Source: Clostridia bacterium (GTDB taxonomy: Bacteria > Bacillota > Clostridia > Oscillospirales > CAG-272). From it: a stretch of DNA of 64,000 nt. Where the stretch lies: positions 171 through 64,170 of the forward strand of contig JAFYMF010000055.1 in assembly GCA_017556745.1 (NCBI GenBank), read 5' to 3'. Below the pieces are notes generated by a model. The model saw only the letters and a list, made by a program, of their open reading frames with translations, did not search any database and had not been told where the DNA came from. The position numbers and the translations under genes were made by a program. Below are positions 1 through 9,383 of this stretch, piece by piece. How positions within the stretch are numbered: the stretch's first letter is position 1; each line of letters starts with the position of its first letter.

Positions 1-13
1 TCGGCGGCTTTTT

Positions 14-484
14 TTATGGAAAAATTGTTATTTTTCTTTCCTTTTTCACGGCATATTCGAGGGCAAGTTTAGTTCCGCTTTTGCGAGTGGTAGGGGCATT
101 TTCTTCATCAAGGTAAACAATGCAAAAGCGGCTTCTGTCTATCATTTCGCGATTACGTTCCACGTATGCGGCTTTGCCGGAGCCTAATAATTTTTCGGGG
201 TAATAGGTATCCTCGTAAAAATTCTTTAGGTATGCCCCATAACTGTCGTTAATAGAGGGAAATTCCGCCCGCACGTAAATTCGTTTTACGTGCGGGTATT
301 TTCCTTTTATTTTGGTCACAAGCTCAAGACACAGACTGTTAAAGCGGCTTTTACTGCCAAACAAGAAAGTATCTACATTTTCATCGGTAATCAGCCTTTC
401 AATTACCTCGGTCAATCTTTCCCTCAGCTCTTCGGTTTCCTTTATCGTCCTGTGACCAAAAAAGCAACAGGTTCTCTCTTGCAT
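14..484 (-). CDS. SLOG/DUF1273 family protein (YpsA-like)
   Basis: ORF 14..493. The N-terminal CCFFGHR motif and ~155 aa size are typical of DUF1273 SLOG proteins. ATG at 484 lies 8 nt after GGAG, whereas GTG at 493 overlaps the SD, so 484 is preferred. Confidence 0.7.
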   Translation of the reverse strand: MQERTCCFFGHRTIKETEELRERLTEVIERLITDENVDTFLFGSKSRFNSLCLELVTKIKGKYPHVKRIYVRAEFPSINDSYGAYLKNFYEDTYYPEKLLGSGKAAYVERNREMIDRSRFCIVYLDEENAPTTRKSGTKLALEYAVKKERKITIFP

Positions 485-623
485 ACATATCACTCCAAAG
501 TAAATATTTTTTTACTTATTATACATTATCTTTCACTTTAAGTAAATATATCTGCAGTTGTGTCTTATAATAAAGAGCCTCGGTTTTCGATAAAATATAT
601 TCATGAAGGAAAGGGGCGATAGT

Positions 624-854
624 ATGAAGACAGAATTTCCGGATAAGTATATTACTCTTGGACTAAAAATTGCCTATTACAGAAGGAAAGCCGGATTTAC
701 TCAGGAATACTTTGCTGAACTTATTGGCAAAAGTGTGAGTTTTGTAGGTCAGATTGAAGGCACCGGTACTATTCGAGGTGTTTCTCTTGAAACCTTATTT
801 AAGATCGCACAGGTTCTGAAGATACCGCCCTCGAAGCTCCTTGAGGAAGATTGA
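624..854 (+). CDS. XRE-family helix-turn-helix transcriptional regulator
   Basis: GFTQEYFAELIGKSVSFVGQIE fits the HTH_3 pattern. ATG 624 is preceded by AAGGGG at 7 nt, while ATG 603 has no SD. Divergent from the SLOG gene. Confidence 0.8.
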   Translation: MKTEFPDKYITLGLKIAYYRRKAGFTQEYFAELIGKSVSFVGQIEGTGTIRGVSLETLFKIAQVLKIPPSKLLEED

Positions 855-860
855 TAAGAC

Positions 861-901
861 AAAAAATCCCACGGTATAGCAATGTACCATGGGACTTTTT
901 T
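861..901. terminator. bidirectional intrinsic terminator between the XRE gene and polA
   Basis: A-run, stem TCCCACGGTA / TACCATGGGA (one mismatch), then T-run, between convergent genes. Confidence 0.7.
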
Positions 902-908
902 ATACTGT

Positions 909-3434
909 TTATTTACTGTCAAGCCAATTCTTTCCGATGAGGATCTCTATGTCAAGGGGAACAGACAGCTCTGCCGCACCCTCCATAGCTTCTCTGAGGA
1001 GCTCCGCCGCGCGGGGTGCATCCTTCTCTGAGGATTCGATGATTATCTCATCGTGTACCTGAAGTATGAGAGTTGCATCAAGGCTTTCTCTTTTCAGCGA
1101 CTCAACCACGCGGATCATAGCAATTTTGATTATATCGGCCGCAGACCCCTGAATGGGACTGTTCATCGCCACTCTTTCTCCGAAGCTGTAGGTGACCTTA
1201 TTCTTTGCCGCAAGCTCGGGAATATATCTTCTTCTGCCAAAGAGTGTAGTGGTATAACCGTTTTCTTTAGCACTCTCTATTGTGTTTCGGAGATACTCGT
1301 TTACCTTGGGATAGGTAGCGAGATATCCCTTTATATATTCATCCGCCTGCTTCTTTGTGATTCCCAGATCCTGAGCCAGAGAGAACGCGCCGATTCCGTA
1401 CACAATACCGAAATTGACCGCTTTTGCCCTCTTTCGCATTTCACCCGTTACCATTTCCTTGGGGATTCCGAAAACCTCGGATGCGGTGACTGTATGAATG
1501 TCAACTCCATCTCTGAATGCTGAAATCATTGTCTCGTCACCCGAGATATGTGCAAGAAGTCTCAGCTCTATCTGTGAGTAGTCGGCATCGATCAGTACTC
1601 TATCATCACTGCGAGGAATAAAGTACTTTCTCAGCTTTCTTCCAAGCTCGGTACGAACAGGTATATTCTGAAGATTAGGTTCAGCCGAGGAAATTCTGCC
1701 GGTTGCTGTTCCGGTCTGCTTGAATACCGTGTGTATACATCCGTCATCCTCTATTACCTTAAGAAGTCCGTCGCCGTAAGTTCCCCTGAGCTTTGCCACC
1801 TTGCGGTAGTCAAGAACGTCAGAAACTACCTCACTGTACGGTCTGAGTTTTTCAAGAACTTCAGCACCGGTAGAGTATCCGCTCTTGGTCTTTTTTCCTG
1901 CAGGAAGGCCAAGTCTTTCAAAAAGTACCTCTCCAAGCTGCTTTGGGGAATTGATATTGAACTCGCACCCTGCCTCGAAATATATCCTCTCGGTATATTC
2001 CCTTTCCATTGCCTCAAGTTCAAGGGAATATTCCCTGAGTCCTTCCTTGTCAACCGCAAAGCCCTCTATCTCCATATCAGCAAGCACGAAAGCAAACGGA
2101 AGCTCAATATTATAATAAAGTTCCTCTTGACCGCTCATAGCGAGCTTGTCACTCTGTGCTTTAAATATCTCATAAATATGTCTCGGTGAGTTTTCATCCT
2201 CCGATACCTCACCAAGGGTTGAAAGCAGTATACGCGGATAACTGTAGTTACCTTCACCGGAGCTGATCACGTATGCCGCAAGCATTATATCAAAGGCGCA
2301 GTTAGAATACTTTATACCCTTATCCGCAAGGAAGGAATATAGATTCTTACAGTCGCAGCACACGGTGCGTCTGTTCTCGTCCTCAAAGAGGAAAGCGATA
2401 TCCCGCCAATCGGAAACCGACACTTCAAGATTATCACCGTCCTCGGTAGCAACACGGCAAATACCGTTTTCTGTATCAAGAGTAACAGCATAGCGCTTAC
2501 CACTTGTTTTTTCATCCATAAGCACAGTTTCGACTTCGGTATATTCATTCACTGAAATCTTATTTGTGCTCTCTTCTAACTCAAAACGCTTAATAAAGGC
2601 ACCGAACTCAAGCTCACGGCAAAGAGAGAACATTTCTTCCCGGTTCATGCCATCGAATGGCAGATCGGAAAGAGTCACGCCGAGAGGCACATCGCAAACG
2701 ATCTTAGCGAGACGGCGGGAAAGAAATGCATTTTCACGTCCCTCGCTAAGCTTACGCTTTACAGAAGGGGTAAGAGAGGCAGTCTCATATCCTTCATATA
2801 TGTTTTCAAGGCCCTTAAACTCCCGAATAAGGGATAGTGCGGTCTTCTCACCGATTCCTGCAACACCGGGGATGTTATCCGATGAATCGCCCATAAGCGC
2901 CTTGACATCGACAAAGCAGTCGGGTGTTATGCCGTACTTTTCAAAAAATGCTTTTCCGTCGTAGGTCACGTAATCTGTATTGGTAGCAAGAAGCACGGTA
3001 GCACTGTCAGTTATAAGTTGAAGAGAGTCTCTGTCTCCGGTAACGATATAACTGTGAACGCCTTCTACTGTAGCTGCAGACGAGAGAGTACCGAGAATGT
3101 CGTCAGCCTCATACCCCTCTTTTTCAAGAACGGTAAGTCCAAGAGCCTTGCATGCCCTCTTTGCATAGGGAAGCTGCTCTGCAAGCTCCTCGGGCATACC
3201 GTGGCGGTTTGCCTTATACCCCTCATATTCAAGATGTCTGAAGGTGGGGGCACGCATATCAAATGCCACCGCCGCATAATCGGGGGACACGTCGGAAATA
3301 TACTTTGTGAGCATATTTATCATACCGTATACCGCATTGGTGTGAAGCCCCGCAGAGTTAGTCAGCTCTCTTATACCGTAGAAGGCTCTGTTGAGAATAC
3401 TGTTTCCGTCTATTACAAGGAGTTTTTTCATCAT
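909..3434 (-). CDS. polA: DNA polymerase I
   Basis: 5'-nuclease N-terminus (LLVIDGNSILNRAFY). Family A polymerase motifs DYSQIELR, RKRAKAVNFGIVYG and QVHDE. Start moved to ATGATG at 3434/3431 behind AAAGGA. Confidence 0.97.
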   Translation of the reverse strand: MMKKLLVIDGNSILNRAFYGIRELTNSAGLHTNAVYGMINMLTKYISDVSPDYAAVAFDMRAPTFRHLEYEGYKANRHGMPEELAEQLPYAKRACKALGLTVLEKEGYEADDILGTLSSAATVEGVHSYIVTGDRDSLQLITDSATVLLATNTDYVTYDGKAFFEKYGITPDCFVDVKALMGDSSDNIPGVAGIGEKTALSLIREFKGLENIYEGYETASLTPSVKRKLSEGRENAFLSRRLAKIVCDVPLGVTLSDLPFDGMNREEMFSLCRELEFGAFIKRFELEESTNKISVNEYTEVETVLMDEKTSGKRYAVTLDTENGICRVATEDGDNLEVSVSDWRDIAFLFEDENRRTVCCDCKNLYSFLADKGIKYSNCAFDIMLAAYVISSGEGNYSYPRILLSTLGEVSEDENSPRHIYEIFKAQSDKLAMSGQEELYYNIELPFAFVLADMEIEGFAVDKEGLREYSLELEAMEREYTERIYFEAGCEFNINSPKQLGEVLFERLGLPAGKKTKSGYSTGAEVLEKLRPYSEVVSDVLDYRKVAKLRGTYGDGLLKVIEDDGCIHTVFKQTGTATGRISSAEPNLQNIPVRTELGRKLRKYFIPRSDDRVLIDADYSQIELRLLAHISGDETMISAFRDGVDIHTVTASEVFGIPKEMVTGEMRKRAKAVNFGIVYGIGAFSLAQDLGITKKQADEYIKGYLATYPKVNEYLRNTIESAKENGYTTTLFGRRRYIPELAAKNKVTYSFGERVAMNSPIQGSAADIIKIAMIRVVESLKRESLDATLILQVHDEIIIESSEKDAPRAAELLREAMEGAAELSVPLDIEILIGKNWLDSK

Positions 3435-3508
3435 TTGATCCTTTTTCTGTAATATACCAAGCGGGGCTGTCTCGTTGAGACAGCCCGGCAAGCTTGTATT
3501 ATTATTTA

Positions 3509-5011
3509 TCAGTTAAAGTAGGGATATTCGCCGGGATATCTGAGTTCCTTAGGAAGATTTACAGATATATCGGTGATACCAAGATACTTAAGGGTGTTGA
3601 AGAGAGTACGTCCAACGTGAGCAAAGCCAACGCCTGCGTGATGAGGATATCTCTTCTCAATAAGAACGTGACGGTAGAAACGAGCCATCTCGGGAACTGC
3701 GATAACCGCACGGCCGCCGAAGGAATTGGTAGGCATATCGAGAACCTCACCCTCTGCGATGTAGGAGATAAGCTTAGCATCAGCAGTAGACTGAAGTCTG
3801 AAGAGAGTAATATCGGAAGCCATGATCTCACCGTCAAGAGTACCGCGGGAAACGTTAGGCTCGGAATCGGGCTCAAGGTTTCTCTTCATGATCAGCTGAT
3901 ACTGCATCTTCTTGCCCTCCTTAAGCAGGCAAGCAGAGGTGTTTCCGCAGTGGAAGCCCATAAAGAGATCCTTTGCGGTGTAGTCGCCGACAACCTTTGC
4001 GTTTTCGCTGATAAGGTCTGCGGGAACGGTGTTGTTAATGTCAAGAAGAGTAACAGTGCTGTCGGTAACAACAGTGAGTATGTACTCGGTAAGTGCACCG
4101 TATATATCGGTCTCACAAGCAACGGGAATACCCTTTGCGGTGAGACGGGAGTTTACGTAACAGGGAACAAACTTGAACATAGTCTGAAATGCAGGCCAGC
4201 ACTTGTTAGCAAATGCAAAATACTTAGCCGCGCCAAGATTCTTCTCCGCCCAGTCAAGAAGAGTGATCTCAAACTGTGCAAGCTTAGGAAGGATACCGGG
4301 ATAGCAGTTACCGTTCTCGCCAAGCTCTGCTTCCATCTCCTTGATAACACCCTCAATACGAGGATCATTATCATGAGCCTGGAAAGCCTCAAGAAGATCA
4401 AGCTCACTGTTCTCCTGGATCTCAACACCGAGATCGTAGAGAGGAGCGATAGGAGCGTTACAAGCAAGGAAGTCATAGGGTCTGGGACCGAAAGTAAAGA
4501 TCTTAAGATTTGCAAGACCGTTCTTAACAGCCGCAACAGGAACATATTCCTTGATCATAGCTGCAACGTCAGCAGCACCGCCTACAGGATATTCGGGAAT
4601 ATAAGCCGCAAGCTTACGAAGGCCGAGGTTATAGGATGCATTGAGCATACCGCAGTATGCGTCACCACGTCCGTTGATAAGATCCTTGCCGCTCTCCTCA
4701 GCTGCCGCTACAAACATAACGGAATTGCCACGAACTGCGGTAAAACGCTGAGCAAGCATGGTCTCAGGGCCCTCGGGACCGAAGTTACCGAGGAACACAA
4801 CAAGAGCATTTACACCTGCTGCATTGATGTCATCAAGAGCCGCAAGAGCATCCTTCTCATTCTCAACTATAACCTTGCTCTCATATATATCAAGGCCCAT
4901 CTTCTCGCACTCAGCTATGACTGCGATTCTGCGCTTCTCAGAAAGAGTAGCTGGGAAACAGTCACGGCTTACCGCAACTATACCGAGTTTAACTACAGGG
5001 GTATTATTCAT
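3509..5011 (-). CDS. L-fucose/L-arabinose isomerase-like family protein (COG2407-like), function uncertain
   Basis: 500 aa. Overall resemblance, recognised by eye, to FucI-like sugar isomerase family proteins. ATG 5011 follows GGAG by 7 nt. Lies only 52 nt downstream of the rnfB stop, same strand. Confidence 0.55.
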   Translation of the reverse strand: MNNTPVVKLGIVAVSRDCFPATLSEKRRIAVIAECEKMGLDIYESKVIVENEKDALAALDDINAAGVNALVVFLGNFGPEGPETMLAQRFTAVRGNSVMFVAAAEESGKDLINGRGDAYCGMLNASYNLGLRKLAAYIPEYPVGGAADVAAMIKEYVPVAAVKNGLANLKIFTFGPRPYDFLACNAPIAPLYDLGVEIQENSELDLLEAFQAHDNDPRIEGVIKEMEAELGENGNCYPGILPKLAQFEITLLDWAEKNLGAAKYFAFANKCWPAFQTMFKFVPCYVNSRLTAKGIPVACETDIYGALTEYILTVVTDSTVTLLDINNTVPADLISENAKVVGDYTAKDLFMGFHCGNTSACLLKEGKKMQYQLIMKRNLEPDSEPNVSRGTLDGEIMASDITLFRLQSTADAKLISYIAEGEVLDMPTNSFGGRAVIAVPEMARFYRHVLIEKRYPHHAGVGFAHVGRTLFNTLKYLGITDISVNLPKELRYPGEYPYFN

Positions 5012-5063
5012 ATTAATCTCCATTCTGCCGCACAGGGCGGCTATTAAATATTTTTATCGTCTT

Positions 5064-5930
5064 TTATCTGACTTTAAGATTTTCTTCAAAATCCTCGGGC
5101 TCAACCGTAAGACCGATCTTCTCCTGCTGATCCCTTGACCAGATTATGTGTCTGGGGCAGTTGTCAACACACTTACCGCAGTCAACACACTTTGAGTAAT
5201 TGATGGATGCGATAAAGCCATCCACCTTAATAGCACCTGACTCACATACTTTCTCACACTTGTGGCAACCAATACATCCAACGTCGCAGAATTGTCTGGT
5301 TATCGCCCCCTTGTCGACTGAGCAACAACCAACCCAGTGAGCACTGTCGTAAGGGATCAGACGGATTATATGTTTGGGACAAGAAGCTACACATACACCG
5401 CAACCGCGGCATTTGTCATAGTCTACTGCCGCTACACCGTTAACTATCTTTATAGCGTCAAAAACGCAGCTCTTTACACAAGAACCGAGTCCCACGCATC
5501 CGTTAGGACAAACCTTGTCACCGCCGCCCATACGTACAGCCGCACTACAGTCCTTTACACCCTCGTAATGATACTTCTTTTTAGCATTATTAAGGTGAGT
5601 ACCGGAGCACATTACCTGCGCACGAATTCGGATGGCCTTCTCAGGTGCAACACCCATTATCTCAGCTATTTCCGCTACCATTGCATCGCCGGCAACGGTA
5701 CATGCGTTTACCTTGGCTTCGCCCTTGACAATTGCCTCAGCGCATGCCTCACAACCGGTATAACCACAGCCACCGCAGTTGGCGCCGGGCATGATCTTGG
5801 TGATCTGCTTTATTCTCTTATCTACCTTGACGGCAAATTTTGCGCTGGCAAATGCAAGAATAAGACCCAGCACACCGCCGATAAACGCAATACACAGCGT
5901 GGGAATAATTATTTCACTAACAAATTCCAT
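5064..5930 (-). CDS. rnfB: Rnf electron transport complex subunit B (polyferredoxin)
   Basis: N-terminal TM helix, a CGGCGYTGC cluster motif and several 4Fe-4S ferredoxin motifs (CRGCGVCVASCP, CVDCGKCVDNCP). Last gene of the rnf order C-D-G-E-A-B. Confidence 0.9.
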   Translation of the reverse strand: MEFVSEIIIPTLCIAFIGGVLGLILAFASAKFAVKVDKRIKQITKIMPGANCGGCGYTGCEACAEAIVKGEAKVNACTVAGDAMVAEIAEIMGVAPEKAIRIRAQVMCSGTHLNNAKKKYHYEGVKDCSAAVRMGGGDKVCPNGCVGLGSCVKSCVFDAIKIVNGVAAVDYDKCRGCGVCVASCPKHIIRLIPYDSAHWVGCCSVDKGAITRQFCDVGCIGCHKCEKVCESGAIKVDGFIASINYSKCVDCGKCVDNCPRHIIWSRDQQEKIGLTVEPEDFEENLKVR

Positions 5931-5961
5931 TATCTATTACCTCCGACTTATTCTGGTAATA

Positions 5962-6543
5962 TCAGTTAAAGCTGATACCGAGGAATCCGGAGAACGCCAT
6001 TGCAATAAGGCCTGCGGCAACAAGAGCTATAGGAACACCGCGGAAAGCCTTGGGAGGCTTTGCCAAAGCCATTCTCTCTCTGACACCGGCAAAGATGACA
6101 AGAGCAAGAGTAAATCCGATAGCCGATGAAAAGCCGTATATTACAGACTCAATAAAGCTATGTCCTTCCTGGATGCTGAGCATTGCCGCACCGAGAACAG
6201 CGCAGTTGGTAGTAATGAGGGGAAGATATATTCCGAGTGCACTGTAAAGTGCGGGAATATATTTTCTGAGAAACATTTCGATGAACTGTACAAGAGATGC
6301 GATAATGAGTATAAAAGCAATAGTCTCAAGATACTCTACACCGAGAGGCTCAAGTATCAGATAATATACTCCGTAGGTTACCGCGCTCGATATAGTCATA
6401 ACGAAGGTTACCGCAAAGCCCATTCCCACAGCGGTCGAGGGGTTGTCGGAGACACCGAGGAAGGGACAAATGCCGAGAAACTTTGAGAAAATATAGTTCT
6501 CGATAAGGATAGCACTGAACATTAAAATAAGTATATCAACCAT
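5962..6543 (-). CDS. rnfA: Rnf complex subunit A
   Basis: 193-aa polytopic membrane protein, RnfA/NqrE-like, at the expected operon position. Overlaps rnfE by 8 nt. Confidence 0.9.
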   Translation of the reverse strand: MVDILILMFSAILIENYIFSKFLGICPFLGVSDNPSTAVGMGFAVTFVMTISSAVTYGVYYLILEPLGVEYLETIAFILIIASLVQFIEMFLRKYIPALYSALGIYLPLITTNCAVLGAAMLSIQEGHSFIESVIYGFSSAIGFTLALVIFAGVRERMALAKPPKAFRGVPIALVAAGLIAMAFSGFLGISFN

Positions 6544-7183
6544 TTAACTTACCCTCGCTTCCTTCTTTTTTGAAATCTCTGTCCTCTTTCTTCATTAAGA
6601 ATTTCTGAACAACAGCAATTATACATCCGAGAGTAATAAATGCACCTGCGGGGCTGATAAGCATGCTGGCAGGCTTATACCAATCTCCAAACACTGTAAA
6701 TCCAAGCACAGTACCTGAGCCAAACAACTCTCTGACAAAGGCAAGCACCACCAATGCAACGGTATATCCCACTCCCATTGTCAATCCGTCAATAGCAGAG
6801 GGAAGAACCTCGTGCTTTGATGCGTAAGCCTCGGCACGTGCAAGTATGATACAGTTTACAACAATAAGCGGAATGAAAAGTCCGAGAGATTTGCTTATAG
6901 TCGGAGCAAATGCCTCAAGAAGCATTTCAACCACCGTAACAAAACCTGATATAATAACTATGTATGATGCAATTCTGATCTGCCTTGGTATGATATTTCT
7001 CAGAAGCGATATAATAACGTTTGAGCAGATCAGTACCGCAGTAACAGAGAGTCCCATTCCCAGCGCATTGACCACGGTAGTAGTGACGGCAAGAGCAGAA
7101 CACATACCGAGAAGCTGTACAAACACCGGGTTTCTTGTAAGCAAGCCCTTCTTGAACTGCGACAGTATCTTCTTTCCGTTCAT
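6536..7183 (-). CDS. rnfE: Rnf complex subunit E
   Basis: 215-aa polytopic membrane protein, RnfE/NqrD-like (NPVFVQLLGMCSALAVTT). Confidence 0.9.
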   Translation of the reverse strand: MNGKKILSQFKKGLLTRNPVFVQLLGMCSALAVTTTVVNALGMGLSVTAVLICSNVIISLLRNIIPRQIRIASYIVIISGFVTVVEMLLEAFAPTISKSLGLFIPLIVVNCIILARAEAYASKHEVLPSAIDGLTMGVGYTVALVVLAFVRELFGSGTVLGFTVFGDWYKPASMLISPAGAFITLGCIIAVVQKFLMKKEDRDFKKEGSEGKLNG

Positions 7184-7231
7184 AGGAATTTCCTTTCTTT
7201 GACTTAATGTGAGTCACAGAGGCCTATGCCA

Positions 7232-8344
7232 TCAAGCGGCAGGGGATTCTGTATCTGTCATGGGTGCGGTATCCGAGGATACAGGTTCTTCAGTCACGTC
7301 GCCATCGGACGAGGTAGTTTCTGAGCCATCGGGAGCAGAGGTTTCAGGATCAGGCTCGGTAACAAAATCTATAATGGAAGTCTCATCTTTCTCGGTCGGG
7401 GGAGCAACAGTTTCTTCTCTATACAGAGTATCAAAGCCGAGAGACGGAACCTCACCTGTAACCGGTACGGTCTCAAGACCCTCATTTGGAGGAATAGGAG
7501 TACTTACATCTATAGTTACAGCTTCAGTCGTGTCAACATCTGTAGTAGTATCCTCGCTTGTCACACCGTCCACCTTAAGCTCAAGTGTAAGAACAGCATT
7601 AACGCCGTCAAGAACTGCTTTTGATGATATAGTAGCACCGGAGATAGCATCTATATCCTCTTTAAGACTAAGAGCACCGCTCTTTCCGTTATAACCGGAA
7701 AGATATGTGCTGTCATTTACACGGCTACCAACATTGGGGGTCTCGGACATGGAAATTATTTTAACTCCGCTGACCGTTCCGCCGCTTCCAATACCGACAA
7801 GCATCTCAATATCACCGCCGAAGCCGCTGGTTACAACACCCACCGCATATCCAATGTGAGTATCATTTTCCATGACCTTGTATACACCGTTTATAGGATC
7901 ACCGTGTGTGGTCTCGATCTCGGAAGATGAGGTTGATGTAGGGAATATCTCTTTTATTGCCAGGTCTCTGTCATTCTTCTTGTTTTCAGCCGCTATATCC
8001 TTGGTCAGGAAATTCACGAGTGAAAGAACGAGAGTGACCATAGCACATACTATAAGAAGTACACCACCGGTCTTCAGCACTGACTTTATGTTTGCATTTC
8101 CGACTTCTTCTTCGGAATCAGCTGTAATGGGTTCAGCTGCAGGAATATCTGTTATCTCTTCAATCACAGTAGCTTCGATAGATTCTTCATCAGTCACAGC
8201 AGAAAGTGTATCGGGGGTCTCGGCAATGACAGGCTCTGAAGTTTCCTCGACGAGATCTACATCTTTGATCTCAGTATCATTGGTGCTAACAGAGGGAATT
8301 TTTTTTACCGGTCTTCGGACACGCTTATTATCCTTATTTTGCAT
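7232..8344 (-). CDS. rnfG: Rnf complex subunit G (FMN-binding) with long acidic N- and C-terminal extensions
   Basis: Single TM (aa ~92-113). FMN_bind core with flavinylation motif SGATISS (aa 235-241). 370 aa, versus my recollection of roughly 200 aa as typical. Overlaps rnfD by 11 nt. Confidence 0.85.
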   Translation of the reverse strand: MQNKDNKRVRRPVKKIPSVSTNDTEIKDVDLVEETSEPVIAETPDTLSAVTDEESIEATVIEEITDIPAAEPITADSEEEVGNANIKSVLKTGGVLLIVCAMVTLVLSLVNFLTKDIAAENKKNDRDLAIKEIFPTSTSSSEIETTHGDPINGVYKVMENDTHIGYAVGVVTSGFGGDIEMLVGIGSGGTVSGVKIISMSETPNVGSRVNDSTYLSGYNGKSGALSLKEDIDAISGATISSKAVLDGVNAVLTLELKVDGVTSEDTTTDVDTTEAVTIDVSTPIPPNEGLETVPVTGEVPSLGFDTLYREETVAPPTEKDETSIIDFVTEPDPETSAPDGSETTSSDGDVTEEPVSSDTAPMTDTESPAA

Positions 8345-9356
8345 CCTTAGTCACACCTCCGAATCTCTTGGGTTTTGTAAATTTATCAATATAACCTACC
8401 AGAAGGTTCATTATAAGTATCGCAAAGGAAACACCCTCGGGATAACCACCGAAATAACGTATGAACACGGTAAGTAATCCGCATCCCACACCGAATATAA
8501 GTTTACCGGTCTCGGTTATAGGTGATGTTACGTAGTCGGTAGCCATAAATATCGCACCGAGGATAAGACCGCCGGAGAATGTCTGATACAGCATGAACTG
8601 CACTGCATCATCTCCCGCCATGGGAAACAGGAAGGTAACAAGCATTACTGTACCGATATAAGCAACAGGTATATGCCATGTTATCACTTTACGTGCGAGA
8701 AGGTAAATACCGCCAACCGCAATAAGAAGTCCTGAAATTTCACCGATACATCCGCTCTTGGTACCGATTACCATATCAACAAGAGATATATCGGGAAGCA
8801 TCCCCTCCTTCATGGAAGAAAGCGGTGTTGCGGAAGCAACTATATCAGCGCTGTCAACAGAAAAACTGAGGGCAGAAATCTTACTCATGGGTGCAGTAAA
8901 ATTATTGATTATGTCGGTCCAGGAGAAGAGAAATACTCTTGCCGCCAGAATTGGGTTAACAATATTCTTACCGATACCACCGAAAATTCCCTTGACAATT
9001 ATCATGGCAAAAGCACCGCCAACAATCGGGATCCAAAGCGGAACGGTTACAGGCATATTAAATCCGAGAAGCACACCGCTTACCACTGCAGAAAAATCAA
9101 AGACGGTTATGGGCTTTCTGATAATAAGCTCAAAGAGTGCCTCAAAGATAACACAAGACGCCACCGAAACAAGTACCACAGACAGACTGCGGAATCCGAA
9201 CACGTATATACTCCACACCAAAGCAGGAAGTAAGGCTATTACCACATCTATCATAATACCGCGTGTGGTTATTCCCTTCTTTATGTGAGGAGAAGGAGAT
9301 ACTGTCAGAAGAGGCGGCGTAACTATTCTTGTACTAACGTTCTGATCATTTCTCAT
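8334..9356 (-). CDS. rnfD: Rnf complex subunit D
   Basis: Polytopic membrane protein, RnfD/NqrB-like. ATG 9356 follows AAGAGGA by 5 nt. The TTG at 9383 is the ORF-track extension. Confidence 0.9.
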   Translation of the reverse strand: MRNDQNVSTRIVTPPLLTVSPSPHIKKGITTRGIMIDVVIALLPALVWSIYVFGFRSLSVVLVSVASCVIFEALFELIIRKPITVFDFSAVVSGVLLGFNMPVTVPLWIPIVGGAFAMIIVKGIFGGIGKNIVNPILAARVFLFSWTDIINNFTAPMSKISALSFSVDSADIVASATPLSSMKEGMLPDISLVDMVIGTKSGCIGEISGLLIAVGGIYLLARKVITWHIPVAYIGTVMLVTFLFPMAGDDAVQFMLYQTFSGGLILGAIFMATDYVTSPITETGKLIFGVGCGLLTVFIRYFGGYPEGVSFAILIMNLLVGYIDKFTKPKRFGGVTKDAK

Positions 9357-9383
9357 ATCAGTCCTCTTTCTTAAATAAACCAA

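Noticed and set aside
3494-5047. 517-aa ORF on the plus strand fully overlapping the isomerase-like gene. Similar long antisense ORFs lie at 26968-28617 (549 aa), 42376-43716 (446 aa), 50620-51894 (424 aa), 61368-62525 (385 aa) and 14160-14876.
   Set aside because: For the three I checked (3494, 26968, 42376), the ORF is in the codon-aligned antisense frame of a recognisable, strongly codon-biased gene, where the coordinates share the same value modulo 3. In that frame, stops appear only opposite TTA, CTA and TCA codons, which these genes avoid. The translated products are low-complexity (S/V/L/T-rich) with no SD or promoter. They are shadow ORFs, not genes.
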